This document shows, in pieces, positions 1 through 11,900 of a stretch of DNA of 48,373 bases (position 1 is the first letter of the stretch; every line of letters begins with the position of its first letter). Both the position numbers and the translations under genes were made by a program. The stretch is from positions 84,268-132,640 of the forward strand of contig NMRA01000822.1 of the NCBI GenBank assembly GCA_002633005.1, written 5' to 3'. This stretch comes from Phoronis australis. Its lineage: Eukaryota; Animalia; Phoronida. Under the pieces are notes generated by a model. That model was not told the origin of the DNA. It ran no database searches and was given only the letters and a program-made list of their open reading frames with translations.

Positions 1-566
1 TGTGTTTAATTCCTTCCAACTCGAACAAATACTCCCGTTATGAAACTTTTTCTTCGAGCAGTCCCTATTTCAGTTCCCAAAATCGTGAAATCAACTTTTT
101 CATTTTTTTAACCAGGCCGAAGGTCAGAAGTTGCGGACCTACCGGCGAACTTTGAAAGCTGAAGTTCCCGCCCTTCGCGTACGTGCTGCCGGGAACCAGC
201 CGTGCATTTGCCGTGTTGTTAAACATTAAAATGTCAAATATGTGCACAAAGACTATTAAATGTCATATCAACAGCATTTACTTTTATCAAATACAAACAA
301 TGATTCATTGAAGTACAACCAGTTTCAAAAGTAACGCCAATTAAAGACAAGTATAAGTGGTGGCATTTTGGAAACGAACATTTGACTTAAAAGACCGCAA
401 TGGCTCACCTTTGGCCTATTTAAAGATTGAGGTCATGAATTCACATCACCGAGCGTGCGCAGTATAAAAATGGTGAGTTCACGATTTTGGGAACTGAAAT
501 AGGGACAGCTCGAAGAAAAAGTTTCATAACGGGAGTATTTGTTCGAGTTGGAAGAATTTAAACACA
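1..566. mobile_element. MITE/foldback with long inverted repeats, left arm runs off the window edge
   Basis: 1-89 is the near-perfect reverse complement of 478-566. Confidence 0.75.
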
Positions 567-2995
567 TCGACAACCTCCTAAGGTGTTCGTCTATGCGCAC
601 AAGGTAGTTATAACAACATGACTTTGATGGTTTAGTCGGTGCGAGACATAATTCGCCGAAAAGCTTCCGGCGTACAGAGCGCCTGTAGCCTCTACATCGC
701 CTCTGCTTCGGGCCAACAGAGGCGATGGTCATTGCCTACTTTTTAAGTAGCTCTACAATAGAGAGCTACTTAAAGGTGCCTGTGGTTTCGCGAACCCTAG
801 CCTAGTCTGTGGCTGTGCCGTGGCTGGGGCCCTGAAGAAGATGGCTGACGATGATTTTCCAACGCCTTTGACCACTGTGATCCCTCCTAGTGGCTGTATT
901 TTGCCTCCATGGCTGTAACTCCAAAGCCGTTTGCAGGATCTTTGCTAAACTTAGCAAGTGTATTTACACTCGTATATATACTGGGGAACCCAATGTTCGT
1001 CCGCCTAAGCATAAAACCGACTTGCTGTTGTACTCACCGAATTATTCCACTTCAAAGTTATGATCTGAATAGGATTCGATTTAACTCTCACAGATATACC
1101 GCATTCATCGATTCGGAAGTTTTCTTTAATTTGTGCCGAGTTATTTCAAATGTGCACTGCCTACGGCAGCCATTTTATTGTGACACCTAAGTTCGTCATA
1201 TGCTGCCCCCTTTTGTAAAAACTGAGAAACATGCAGAAAAAGGTCAACGAAGTAATGAAAATTGCAACAGCCTGTTTTTATTGACATAAACTCGATTTGA
1301 AGCTTTGATGTTGAGCTCTGCACTGTGGTTTCTAATAAAAGCCAATTGGAATGTGGTTTCCAACAAAAGCCAATTGGACAACATTTCAATGCAGTTTAAT
1401 GGTGAATGCGTGAGGCAAAAATGTTAAGAACCCAGCATATCGCATTTGTCTGCGGATTTTTCCTTTGGCCTTCTAGATCCTACTAGTGCCTGGGAAAAAC
1501 AGATACATTGCATAAACAAACCCTGGATCATGTTTTGTGCCCCGTCGGAAGAAAATTTAAATTCGAAAACATCTTCTGAAAACGCACAAAAAAGTGTATT
1601 AATTAGTAAAATCTACTGATTTTTAAGTGGTTTTAAAAAACAATCGGTAAACTCACCGATTTTTTGTCTCATTACTTTGATACGTGTCTCTTCCGATAAG
1701 TTAGTACCTAACGTGCACACGAGCACTCCAAATTGGAACGCTAAGTCCCGCGTGGTTGCGCTGCACGCGAAACAAGATGGCGGACGACCTTTGGAGCCTG
1801 ATGACAATAGGTAACCGGACTATATCTCTAGTAACTTACTAGAGATAAGTTTTAACAGCATGAAAAGAGCTATAGTGAAGCAATTGGGAAAGAATGTTTT
1901 TGCTAAGCAGGATTTTGGACTGCAGGCCTACAAATGGACGAAACGTACCACAGACACCATTGTTTATATGTTCACTTGTCGATACACCTGCGCCACCACA
2001 GCCGCGAACATCGCCCTGAATTCGGGACTCAAGACCGGTCTGGCTATCCAGCACTACAGGTACAAGCTGCTCTGTTCCATCAATACGAGTGTCTTGTCCG
2101 CCATTGGCACGATTAGAATCAAAAATTGCCTGTCGGATTTGATCTAAATCTGGACTAGGATTGTCTCCGCTCAAAAACACTATCAACTGGTTCTGACCGT
2201 TTTGAACCAAGTGCGCTTGGTTTAGTATTTCCTCAGACAGCCCAAGCTGGGTATCACAAGAAGTAATTTCGGTTTTCGTGCTCTCCATATTACTTTCGTA
2301 AACTGGTCAGCTTTTGGAGGCGTTTATTGCAAGGTTTTTTGTCATTTCGAGCAACGAGAAAGAAAGGCAAGTCTTCGCTCCTTTCACCCAACTTCCGTAA
2401 GGTTGTGTTCAGTAAATAAAGCAGTTTCGACTATTCCGAAGCTTCATATTGTGGACGTCAGATGTCACTCTTGACTGCATACACCGTAGTCTGCTGCACC
2501 ATAGACTATACCCCTCGAGGTTGGTTTGGGATCTCAGTGCTACAGCGCACTTTTCCATTAGTCCAGGTTACATACACCGTAGACGTCTAAAAATAGAATC
2601 CTGTCTATGGCGACACTCCGGACACTGAGCAGGCATCCAGACAAGCAGTGGTTTACCCTATGAACCAATATTGGTTCCTAGGCCTACTTAAGGGGCGAAC
2701 TCGGCGCCCAGACGGGACACCCTTTCATGACGAAGGGTGACAACCTAAACTATCACGCCCTTGGACAGAAACCGATAGTCCTTTTATTTTGCACTCAGTG
2801 ACTATATATAGGAATCATCGAGTTTACTGAACCCTCGAAATCACTTGTGATGTGGCACACGGGGAAAATGCGGTTTGCCGGGCTCAGTACGGTACGCCAG
2901 AGGTGGCAGCCGGGCATTATATTCAATACTGAGACTGCAAACGTTACATGAGCCTAGGATAACAATTCTCAATGCAGAGAAACCACTACTGCCAT

Positions 2996-3164
2996 CAGTG
3001 GCGGATTTAGAGGGGGCCAAGGGGGCTATGTCCTCCCCCCCTAAAATTCTCCCAGATTCCGAGCCATTAGGCAGTTCGGAGGTGCAAATGTCTGACGGGC
3101 AAAATCCTGGCTAAGCTGCCCTAGTGGCCCCCCGCCCTAACTCCAAATCCAGGATGCGCCCCTG
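2996..3164. mobile_element. GC-rich MITE (CAGTGGCGGAT family); relatives at ~40958, ~43937-44523, ~45248-45386
   Basis: Ends CAGTGGCGGAT / ATGCGCCCCTG; near-TSD GCCAT/GCAAT; the internal AAAATTCTCCC...GGCAGTT...AAATCC(A/T)GG is shared with the 43937 and 45248 copies. Confidence 0.7.
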
Positions 3165-5762
3165 GCAATACTAACTGCTCATAAAACTACTGATTCTACT
3201 CCCGAATAGTGTATATTCCCTGTCATGGTGAGCAAAATGTCAATTTTCCAGTTGGCACGCTGGCTACTTATTGAACACGTATAGTGTAGGGTCACTTCCG
3301 CCAAATAATTATACGTCCGGACATTTGTTTGGATTTGACTTTTGGTCCCTAAATTAATTTTCTGTATACTCAGTGCGTAGTCCTGGACCTTTATGCAGCA
3401 AACTCTGGTATAGAACTTGCTTTATTTATGTTCATGTGCACGTTTTTGTGTTCCTGATGTCTTTTGGCCGGCCATCACAAGGCACAATTCTGTTTCAATG
3501 GCTTGTTATAGTACATTCATAGGCTTGTACATGTTACTGCGGTACTTCCAGTCTCCGAACCACAATAAATTCTACATTGTGTGTTTCACACCGTATGGCT
3601 TTCCAAATTCGTTAAACCATGTCGAGGCTGAGCGAGTGCTTTGGTTTTGCGAGGGGTGACGCCAAGAATCTTTCTTTGCCGCCCAAGGTGTCACCGGCCA
3701 CGTTAGGTTCGCCACTGCTGAGACGGGTCTACATTTCTATGATTGTAGGTAATAAATCCATGTCTACACTGATCGAATGGCATGGAAATTAGGTGCAAAC
3801 GTACATTGTAATTTTTTACCTCGTGCGTAGGCTAAGTGCGGCATTAGAAGCCTACATCTTACATGATTTTTATCAGCAGCACCCTTGTAGCGGCGTCCGG
3901 GCCTGTTTTCATCCGTAATCTATGACTTAGCGTGACATCGCGTTTAATTTTAGCTGTAAAACAGTTTCGGTTTTCCGTACCTGCAATGCCGTGGTGTAAG
4001 CGTAAAGCGGCCGGGTAGGCTACTGAGTTGAAGGACTATGCAGCCACTGCGCATCCGGGAGAGCCATTTTACGGCATCATGATAGCATCAGCGACGACCA
4101 GGGGTCTCCCACTAGTTGGAACTTGGTTAAAACACGTTGAAGTACTCAAAATGGCAATTGCCTATCCTCCGCCCGCCGCTACAGTTTACATTCCCAAAAA
4201 TATGTGAAACTACACGTTTTCTGCGTTCAATTCTCACAACATCTGCATTCAATTGACGTAAATATTGGCTGCTACCTATATGATTGAGTGCCACAACGTT
4301 TAGGATATCAAGATTTGGCTGTGTACGCGTGCATTTTTACCCATATAAAAGCGCACCAAATGATTTTTCTTCGTCATGCGGAGATATAGAACTCGCTCAT
4401 GAAAACCCGTTGGTTGTCACAATGGGTAAAGTATGGACACGCATTGTGAAATGCGCTTTTATGGAAACAAAGCTTAAGAAAAACAATAGGCCCCATCAGC
4501 TCTCAGCCATGGCGGGAATTCTGGGTTATTTGAAGTGATTGCCTTTGGAGGTCAACCAATGGTAAGTACGGTTATGACAATGTGCCTCGTATTTTTGTTT
4601 TATAATTCATTTTTCAAAGTTTATAAAATCGGAATCCGGTAACTTGGCACCGTAAGAATTTTGCGAATTCCAAACTCTACATTAGATTTTGTTGTTTGAA
4701 AATGTCGTACACGGTTTCCACTAGAGAGCGGAATTTGAATGCAAATGTGGTCGGTAACTGTAGCCGCACCAGACGTTCATTCAGAGCTGTGGCAATCTGT
4801 GACGTAGGATTTTTACTCTTCCCACCAGTACAAAGGTACTAGTTTATTTGTCGCAAATGGTCCTGAATATATGACAGTCCTTGAAATATCTTGTTTCCCC
4901 TTGTTTGCCCCTCGCCCATATGATATCAGTAGATAGGTTACGGGGGGCCAAAATGCTACTATCGGACACTCAGTTCAAGAAGATTATGATGTTGCAAATC
5001 CAATGCTATTTCGTGAATCCGACGTCAACTCAACTGCTTCATTTCGTCGATTCAGTTTCAAAAATCGTGTTTCGTCAATCCTTTTGGCTGTTTAGTGAAC
5101 TAACTACAATCTTCTAACAGATGGTAAAGTTTGTCACTTCTAAATTTTTAAATGGCGGATATGAGTGTGCCGTATGAATCATGAAGCGAATCCTACGTTG
5201 GCACCCTAACCGGTCGAGATTGGGCAAGTCGACCGGTTTGCGCACCTCAGAATCTGCCGGTTGAGATCAAACTTCATGCTGTTGTGTTTAATTAAATCGC
5301 CTCAGGCTGCTGATGTTATCGGTCTTTAGATAATGAGACCCATCATAAAGACATTGGAGGTGACAATAGTACTTTTAAATTTTCGCTTTGAAAGTTTATA
5401 AATTGCATATTTGAATAGTTCGTGAAAATTAAGCACATGTGCTTATGTTTAATGTTGCACTTTGTTCCTCATTAATTCAGCTGGGTGTGTAATTCTTGGC
5501 ATGTAAAATAATTGACTCTTCAAATGGACAATTCTAATATTTAAACAAGCAAACGCGATCTGAAACTAAAACGCCTAATGTGTTGGTAAAGTAATTTGCA
5601 TCTAAATTATATGTGTTTATGTATGTTCTATTCTGCAGTGAATATTGGGCAGCTGTTGCAGTGTGTGCCATTCCAAACAGGTAGAGGGCTCTGAGAAAAA
5701 TATAATGGGCAGAAGTCTGTGTAGTGTCAATAACACTTGTATTGATTTGCATACTGCGTATT

Positions 5763-5930
5763 TTAATAATTTAATTCGATCTGATCCATAATCCAGGGCA
5801 GATAGAACGAAATTCGCGTGTAGACATCCGGCGCGCCTTCCGTCTGGCACCCTTTGACACCAAATGACGTTGCTCCAGCCAGCACCCATCTGCCATCCTT
5901 TTTACACACGAGCGGACCTCCCGAGTCTCC
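5763..5930 (-). CDS. Protease exon 7: catalytic Ser and stop codon
   Basis: [55 protein letters not shown]; attcag| acceptor. Confidence 0.97.
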   Translation of the reverse strand, partial: GDSGGPLVCKKDGRWVLAGATSFGVKGCQTEGAPDVYTRISFYLPWIMDQIELNY

Positions 5931-8900
5931 CTGAATAGCCAAGAAAATACTTCGGGAATATGCGCACAAAAACAAATCTAGCGTATACCTGTACATATGG
6001 AAATTTTATAGTCCATACATATGCATATACATATGTTTATGTACATATATGGTGTCTATAACTTCCAGAATGACAAAATTTCTATGAGAATAAGAACGAA
6101 TTTCATCCATTGGGGATGAAAAATAAGGAACGTACTAGACTACTTGCTGCGGTACAATAATTCACAGACGGTGGTATGGTAAATATGTTTCCTACCACTA
6201 TTGCACATGCATAAATTTCTCTTCACTCAAGATAAACTTCTAAATGTAAAAGCAATACCACTACTAATAACAACGAAGTCTTAAATTAAGAAAGTTGATC
6301 CTACACGGCACCATTACATGCCTACANNNNNNNNNNNNNNNNNNNNNNNNNNNNNNNNNNNNNNNNNNNNNNNNNNNNNNNNNNNNNNNNNNNNNNNNNN
6401 NNNNNNNNNNNNNNNNNNNNNNNNNNNNNNNNNNNNNNNNNNNNNNNNNNNNNNNNNNNNNNNNNNNNNNNNNNNNNNNNNNNNNNNNNNNNNNNNNNNN
6501 NNNNNNNNNNNNNNNNNNNNNNNNNNNNNNNNNNNNNNNNCACATTTCTGAATTTTAACTTTAGGTCGCACATTTCTGAATTTTAACTTTAGGTCGCACA
6601 TTTCTGAATTTTAACTTTAGGTCGCACATTTCTGAATTTTAACTTTAGGTCGCACATTTCTGAATTTTAACTTAAGGTCGCACATTTCTGAATTTTCATC
6701 ATCTGTCATCAACTGAGTCAAATGACCATGAATTTATCAAATTCTATGAAGACGAAATCTCAAAAACGCTGTTTCAGTTTTCTAAATTATCATTTCGTTT
6801 CCTGTTTATGCAGCTTTTGAGTTTTTTCACGGAGATCCTATTAGTCCTACTTTTGACAGCCCCTTATCCAAAAGTGGAGCATTTTAAAAAACAAATTTTA
6901 AAAGTCTTTTGGAGAGCAATGAACGTTTCATATGAATCCGAACAGACATGTCGGAAATGTGATGAGGTAAACCAAATTGGGACATTTATCAAACCTACGC
7001 AATCTTAAAAGGATATCAAACCCTGTTTTGGCCTATTAACAGATATTAGAAACGACTTTTCCATCCAATTCCCTGAAACAAAGCATTACTCCATAACCCT
7101 AGACAACTCTCAAAAGTTTGGAGGAAAACTTGAAAACTCATTTCTGCCAAACGAGCAAGCGTGACCTACGCTTTTAGCTAGTTATAAGGCAACTCTGGGG
7201 AAAGACCATCCACCAAGAACCATAATATCCAATGTGTGACATAAGGAGTATAAGTTTTTAGTTGATTCCTGCTTCTGTCTTTCAAAATTGATGCAAATGA
7301 GGAATTAGCGGGTGTCAGAACTTACGTTGCAGGCTCCTGTAAGACCGTTGTTGATGCAAATCTGTCCGTCACCTATAACCACATTGGGGTTGGCGCTCCA
7401 CTGGCTACGACAGTACTCCTGGGGCACGACTGATACCTGTAGTTCATTCAGCACGTTTTCATCACCTGTGCCTGTAATTGACCACAATAGGCATATTCTG
7501 TACGTCAAAAACAGGCGAATTTAACAATTTTCACACTGGGGAGACATAAGAGGTTGAAAACAGACTCCCGCATCTTCTAAACAGATAACCAGCCCGAAAA
7601 ACACGAACTCCGACCTTTAAAACGGGAACCCCGGAGATCGGAAAGGAAACCCGGACAATTCTTCAAATTTTCTGAGACGATGTCAGTAGCCACAAACTTT
7701 GAGTCAAAGCATATTAAAGTATTTTCCAGTTGTTTTCTGCATTATTTTGTTTGTTAAAACTGTCAATGATAAAACGTAACTTATATTATATTGTCTTTGC
7801 TATTTGATTTTTATCGGTAAAACTGGCGGAACTTGTCTGTGGGCGAATTTCAACACAATCTATATTCTCAACACGTTGTCATCTCGGTGGATATTTAGTT
7901 AATTTCAAATTATTCTATAGTTTCTCCAAAAATATTTTCAAAAATCAAAAACAAAGAAAACCCAAAGTATTTCTAAAGGCAGCTGAAAAATCTCAAATTG
8001 AATCCGGCAAATAGTCTACCATACTAGCACAGTCACGCTGTTTCTTATAGTTCATTTTGTCGGGTACACTGTACACGTCCGCCATTTTCGCTAGAGATCG
8101 GACATAAGTTGTCTACAATTCTCATTCAGTAAAACAACTTTAACAAAAACTACTTAAAGTATAGGGATATTTTTTCATTGAATGTAAAATTGGTACATAT
8201 CGTATGAACACAAAGCTCTTTAAACGTATTAATGTACTATTTTCTGGAGACAAGCAATGTTTGACAGAAAGTGCGGGAGTGGTGTTTCGGTCCCCGGGTG
8301 TCCTGTCCGATACCCGGAGTTCCTGTTTCAAAGGTGGGGGCTCGTGTTTTTCAGTCGGTGCGGTAGTCTGTCGGTTTTCGACTACGGATATCTGTTTTAC
8401 ACCGGGGTTCCAATTTCGATGGAATAAATTGAACATGAAAATCATCAGCAACTCAAAATTACGCTTCAGTTTTTATTGATGTTGGCTAACCTAAAAATTG
8501 CAATTCGAAAATGACCCATCACAATGAGGACTGTTATCGGAGACCGATTTCATGAGAGTAAATGGCAAAATTATTCAAATATCGTTTTTAGCCAGCGAAA
8601 CGAGGCGAAATGCGACTTTAAACATTACGTGCACGTGTTTGGGGGTGCGATGAAAAGCTCACGAATAATGTAAAAAATGACGAATGCTGTTCATTAGCAC
8701 CATTCTTATTAAACTTTGACGAAGCCAAGTTTAGATTAAAACATTGATATACCCTTTGTTTCACCCCATCCTGTAATCCAACACTCTGGACTGTCTTCAA
8801 ACACAAATTGGGGCAAGTTTGATGTTGGTAGACAGGCCGGTCGAACATTGTCATCAAACTGCACCGGGTCGGTAAGCTTTACTAAGGCTAGATCGTCCGG

Positions 8901-11900
8901 AGAGCCAGCATTGCCTGTGTAACCCGGGTGCTGCAATGTTAAAGGTGTCGGTTTCTGTTAAAACAACCAAAACTGTGATATTCAATCGGTTAAGACTCCA
9001 AAGCTACATTGTATGATAATGCAAATTATTCAACTACTGCACGAATTTCAGAGAAACAGAAGAAAATGGAATAAAATGAAATTGCCACTAGAGGGTTACA
9101 GGAAAAAACATGACTTTCACTAGGAGGCGCCAAAGTAGTCGAAGTCGTCGGGAAATCATCATCGTACCCTCTGACACAGCCCCACCTATAATGAAAAGTG
9201 GCCCTGTGCAAACATGATGAACGACACACTGTGCGCGGGCATCAATACGCATGCTTGGTCGGAAGTTTATCGATCACATCGCACACGCCAGGTGTGCGTT
9301 CACTAACGCTAGGACCTACGCTAGGGCCTAGCTAAAATCTAGCCACAGTCACGTGATCTCATTTAAAGCCTATCTTCAACAGTAACACATGTAAATTTGG
9401 TTCCTACTTTATGTCAAGAGCATCGCTCTGAGCTTAGTAGTGCCATAAATTGACAAATGTAACGAACTATCTGTTAGGTGTATTAACTTGCTTTTGTGTA
9501 CGTCACCGCGAGAATCACCTTTTAATTTAAACAGCTGCAAAAACACCCGTACGTAATGGTGTTCTATTCAGACCCCTATTCAATACAACTTTTTGTTGCT
9601 TGTGATGGGATCTCGGGTGACGCAACATGGCTCGAAAAGGCAGCTTCACTTATCATTTGACGGGCTTACACTTGCGTGACTGAACTCGCGTTTTCTTATT
9701 TTACTAAGGCTTTTCTAGGACTATCTGGTTAGCCTAATACATCTAAAGTAACAAAATTCCGTTGAAGTAAGGCTTTAAAATACACGGCAACATCTCACGT
9801 AATATCGCGAAGTCTTGCATTTTAGCGAGGTCCTAGCGTTACTAAACGGGAGGCAGTTCTACTTATTGTACTTGTTTGGGCTTAGCCACGGGATCAGGGT
9901 TTCCTTGATTTTGTTTACTTCGATCACTGCCCGTTTTAATAAATTACAACCATTCAAGGCAAAGGTGGTCGCCATACTAAACTGAAAGTGGAATGACCGA
10001 ATGTGATGACGTCGGTTTCATTACTTCAACCAATGAGAAGCCCTGATAAACAACATTCCACAGTGCTACTTTTCGTAGCACTGTGAAAGAGTGTAACTGC
10101 CAATCGTCCTCTTCACACTGAGAACATCTATGCCAATTTTCATATTATCCTTAGAGTGGTTTGGTTAATAGAGGGGCGGACGCCAAAAACAGTCTAGAAA
10201 ACAGTAAAAATGGCTACTAGATGTCACAAAATAAATTGAATCTACCCGGCGTAAACAGGAACATGTCATCGTTTCAATAGAAAGCTATTTACCAAATTTC
10301 ATAAAAATCCGTCAAGGAGCTTCAGAGAAACAGGTAAACGTCGTCTGTTGTCAACTTCATATAAATACGCTTGCTAAATTTAATAAAGATTCTGTGGACG
10401 GGAAGATACAGCCATGAGAGTAGAAAACTAAACTAATAACAGGAGATGCCACAGTAGTCGAGGTCGTCGGAAAATCATCGTCAGCTGTCCTCTTTACAAT
10501 AGGAACACACATGCCAACTTCCACAATCATCCTTAGAGTGGTTTGTTTGACAGAGGGGCGGACTCCATAAGCAGACTCGAAAACAGTAAAAATGACCACT
10601 AGGTGGCGCAAAATACCTCGAATCAATCCGAAAACGGGAGAATACGTCATCTCACTAATAAATGTCACTGCCAAATTTTATGAAAATTCGTTTAGGACCA
10701 CCGAAGATAAAGAGGTAAACGTAAAAAAAATAAAATTGTCACTAAGGGGCACACTGGTAGTCGGAGAGGTCCGAATATCGTCGTCATGCTTCGTCTGCTT
10801 CATAGGAACACATCTGCCAAATCTCATCAAGATCCTGTGAGGGGTTTAGGAGGTACGCCGAACGCCCAGAGATGACGGCAATACGCACCCACATATAAAT
10901 ACGTGGGCGCATAAAAACAGCTTCGTTTTAGTCTCCTTACGGTTATGAAATAGCTTCGTTTTAGGCCACATAAGCTTATCAAAAGGCTTTTGAAGCCACT
11001 TAAGTTTATAAAATACCTTTGTTTTAGGCCACTTACGCATATAAAATAGATTTGTTTTAGGCTACTTACGCTCATAAAATAGCTTTATTTTAGGGACACT
11101 TCAGTGGCGGATCTACGTTTTCAGTAAGGGGGGGTTTAGGATTCCCGCCAAGGTCGAATCCTAGGCGCGTAGCGCCGAGCGGGGGGNNNNNNNNNNNNNN
11201 NNNNNNNNNNNNNNNNNNNNNNNNNNNNNNNNNNNNNNNNNNNNNNNNNNNNNNNNNNNNNNNNNNNNNNNNNNNNNNNNNNNNNNNNNNNNNNNNNNNN
11301 NNNNNNNNNNNNNNNNNNNNNNNNNNNNNNNNNNNNNNNNNNNNNNNNNNNNNNNNNNNNNNNNNNNNNNNNNNNNNNNNNNNNNNNNNNNNNNNNNNNN
11401 NNNNNNNNNNNNNNNNNNNNNNNNNNNNNNNNNNNNNNNNNNNNNNNNNNNNNNNNNNNNNNNNNNNNNNNNNNNNNNNNNNNNNNNNNNNNNNNNNNNN
11501 NNNNNNNNNNNNNNNNNNNNNNNNNNNNNNNNNNNNNNNNNNNNNNNNNNNNNNNNNNNNNNNNNNNNNNNNNNNNNNNNNNNNNNNNNNNNNNNNNNNN
11601 NNNNNNNNNNNNNNNNNNNNNNNNNNNNNNNNNNNNNNNNNNNNNNNNNNNCTTGACGAAGAATCCCAGGACCTATTTGCATCTCTTGCAATTTTCGAAA
11701 TAAACGTCCCAATGTCTGAACGCTTGAAACTCGAAGTACTAATATCAAATAAATGCCCATGGGCATGAGCGTTTCATCGGGTGAGCCTTTCTGCAGAAAT
11801 TCCCAGTATAGAAGACGGCAGTGTGCTTATTGCAGGTAGACAGACGGTAGGTGTTGAGGTCGGAACTAGGGCTCCTTAGGAGGCCTATTGAACATCGCAC

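Noticed and set aside
1839-2288. 149-aa minus-strand ORF overlapping a 95-aa plus-strand ORF
   Set aside because: No recognisable motif or convincing exon partners. It could be a decayed transposon ORF; BLASTX or RNA-seq is needed before any call.
6264-6601. X-rich ORFs here and at 11161, 22951 and 40227
   Set aside because: Artefacts of translating through N gaps.
6541-6696. 28-bp direct repeats resembling a CRISPR array
   Set aside because: The repeats are contiguous with no spacers, the context is eukaryotic, and there are no cas genes.
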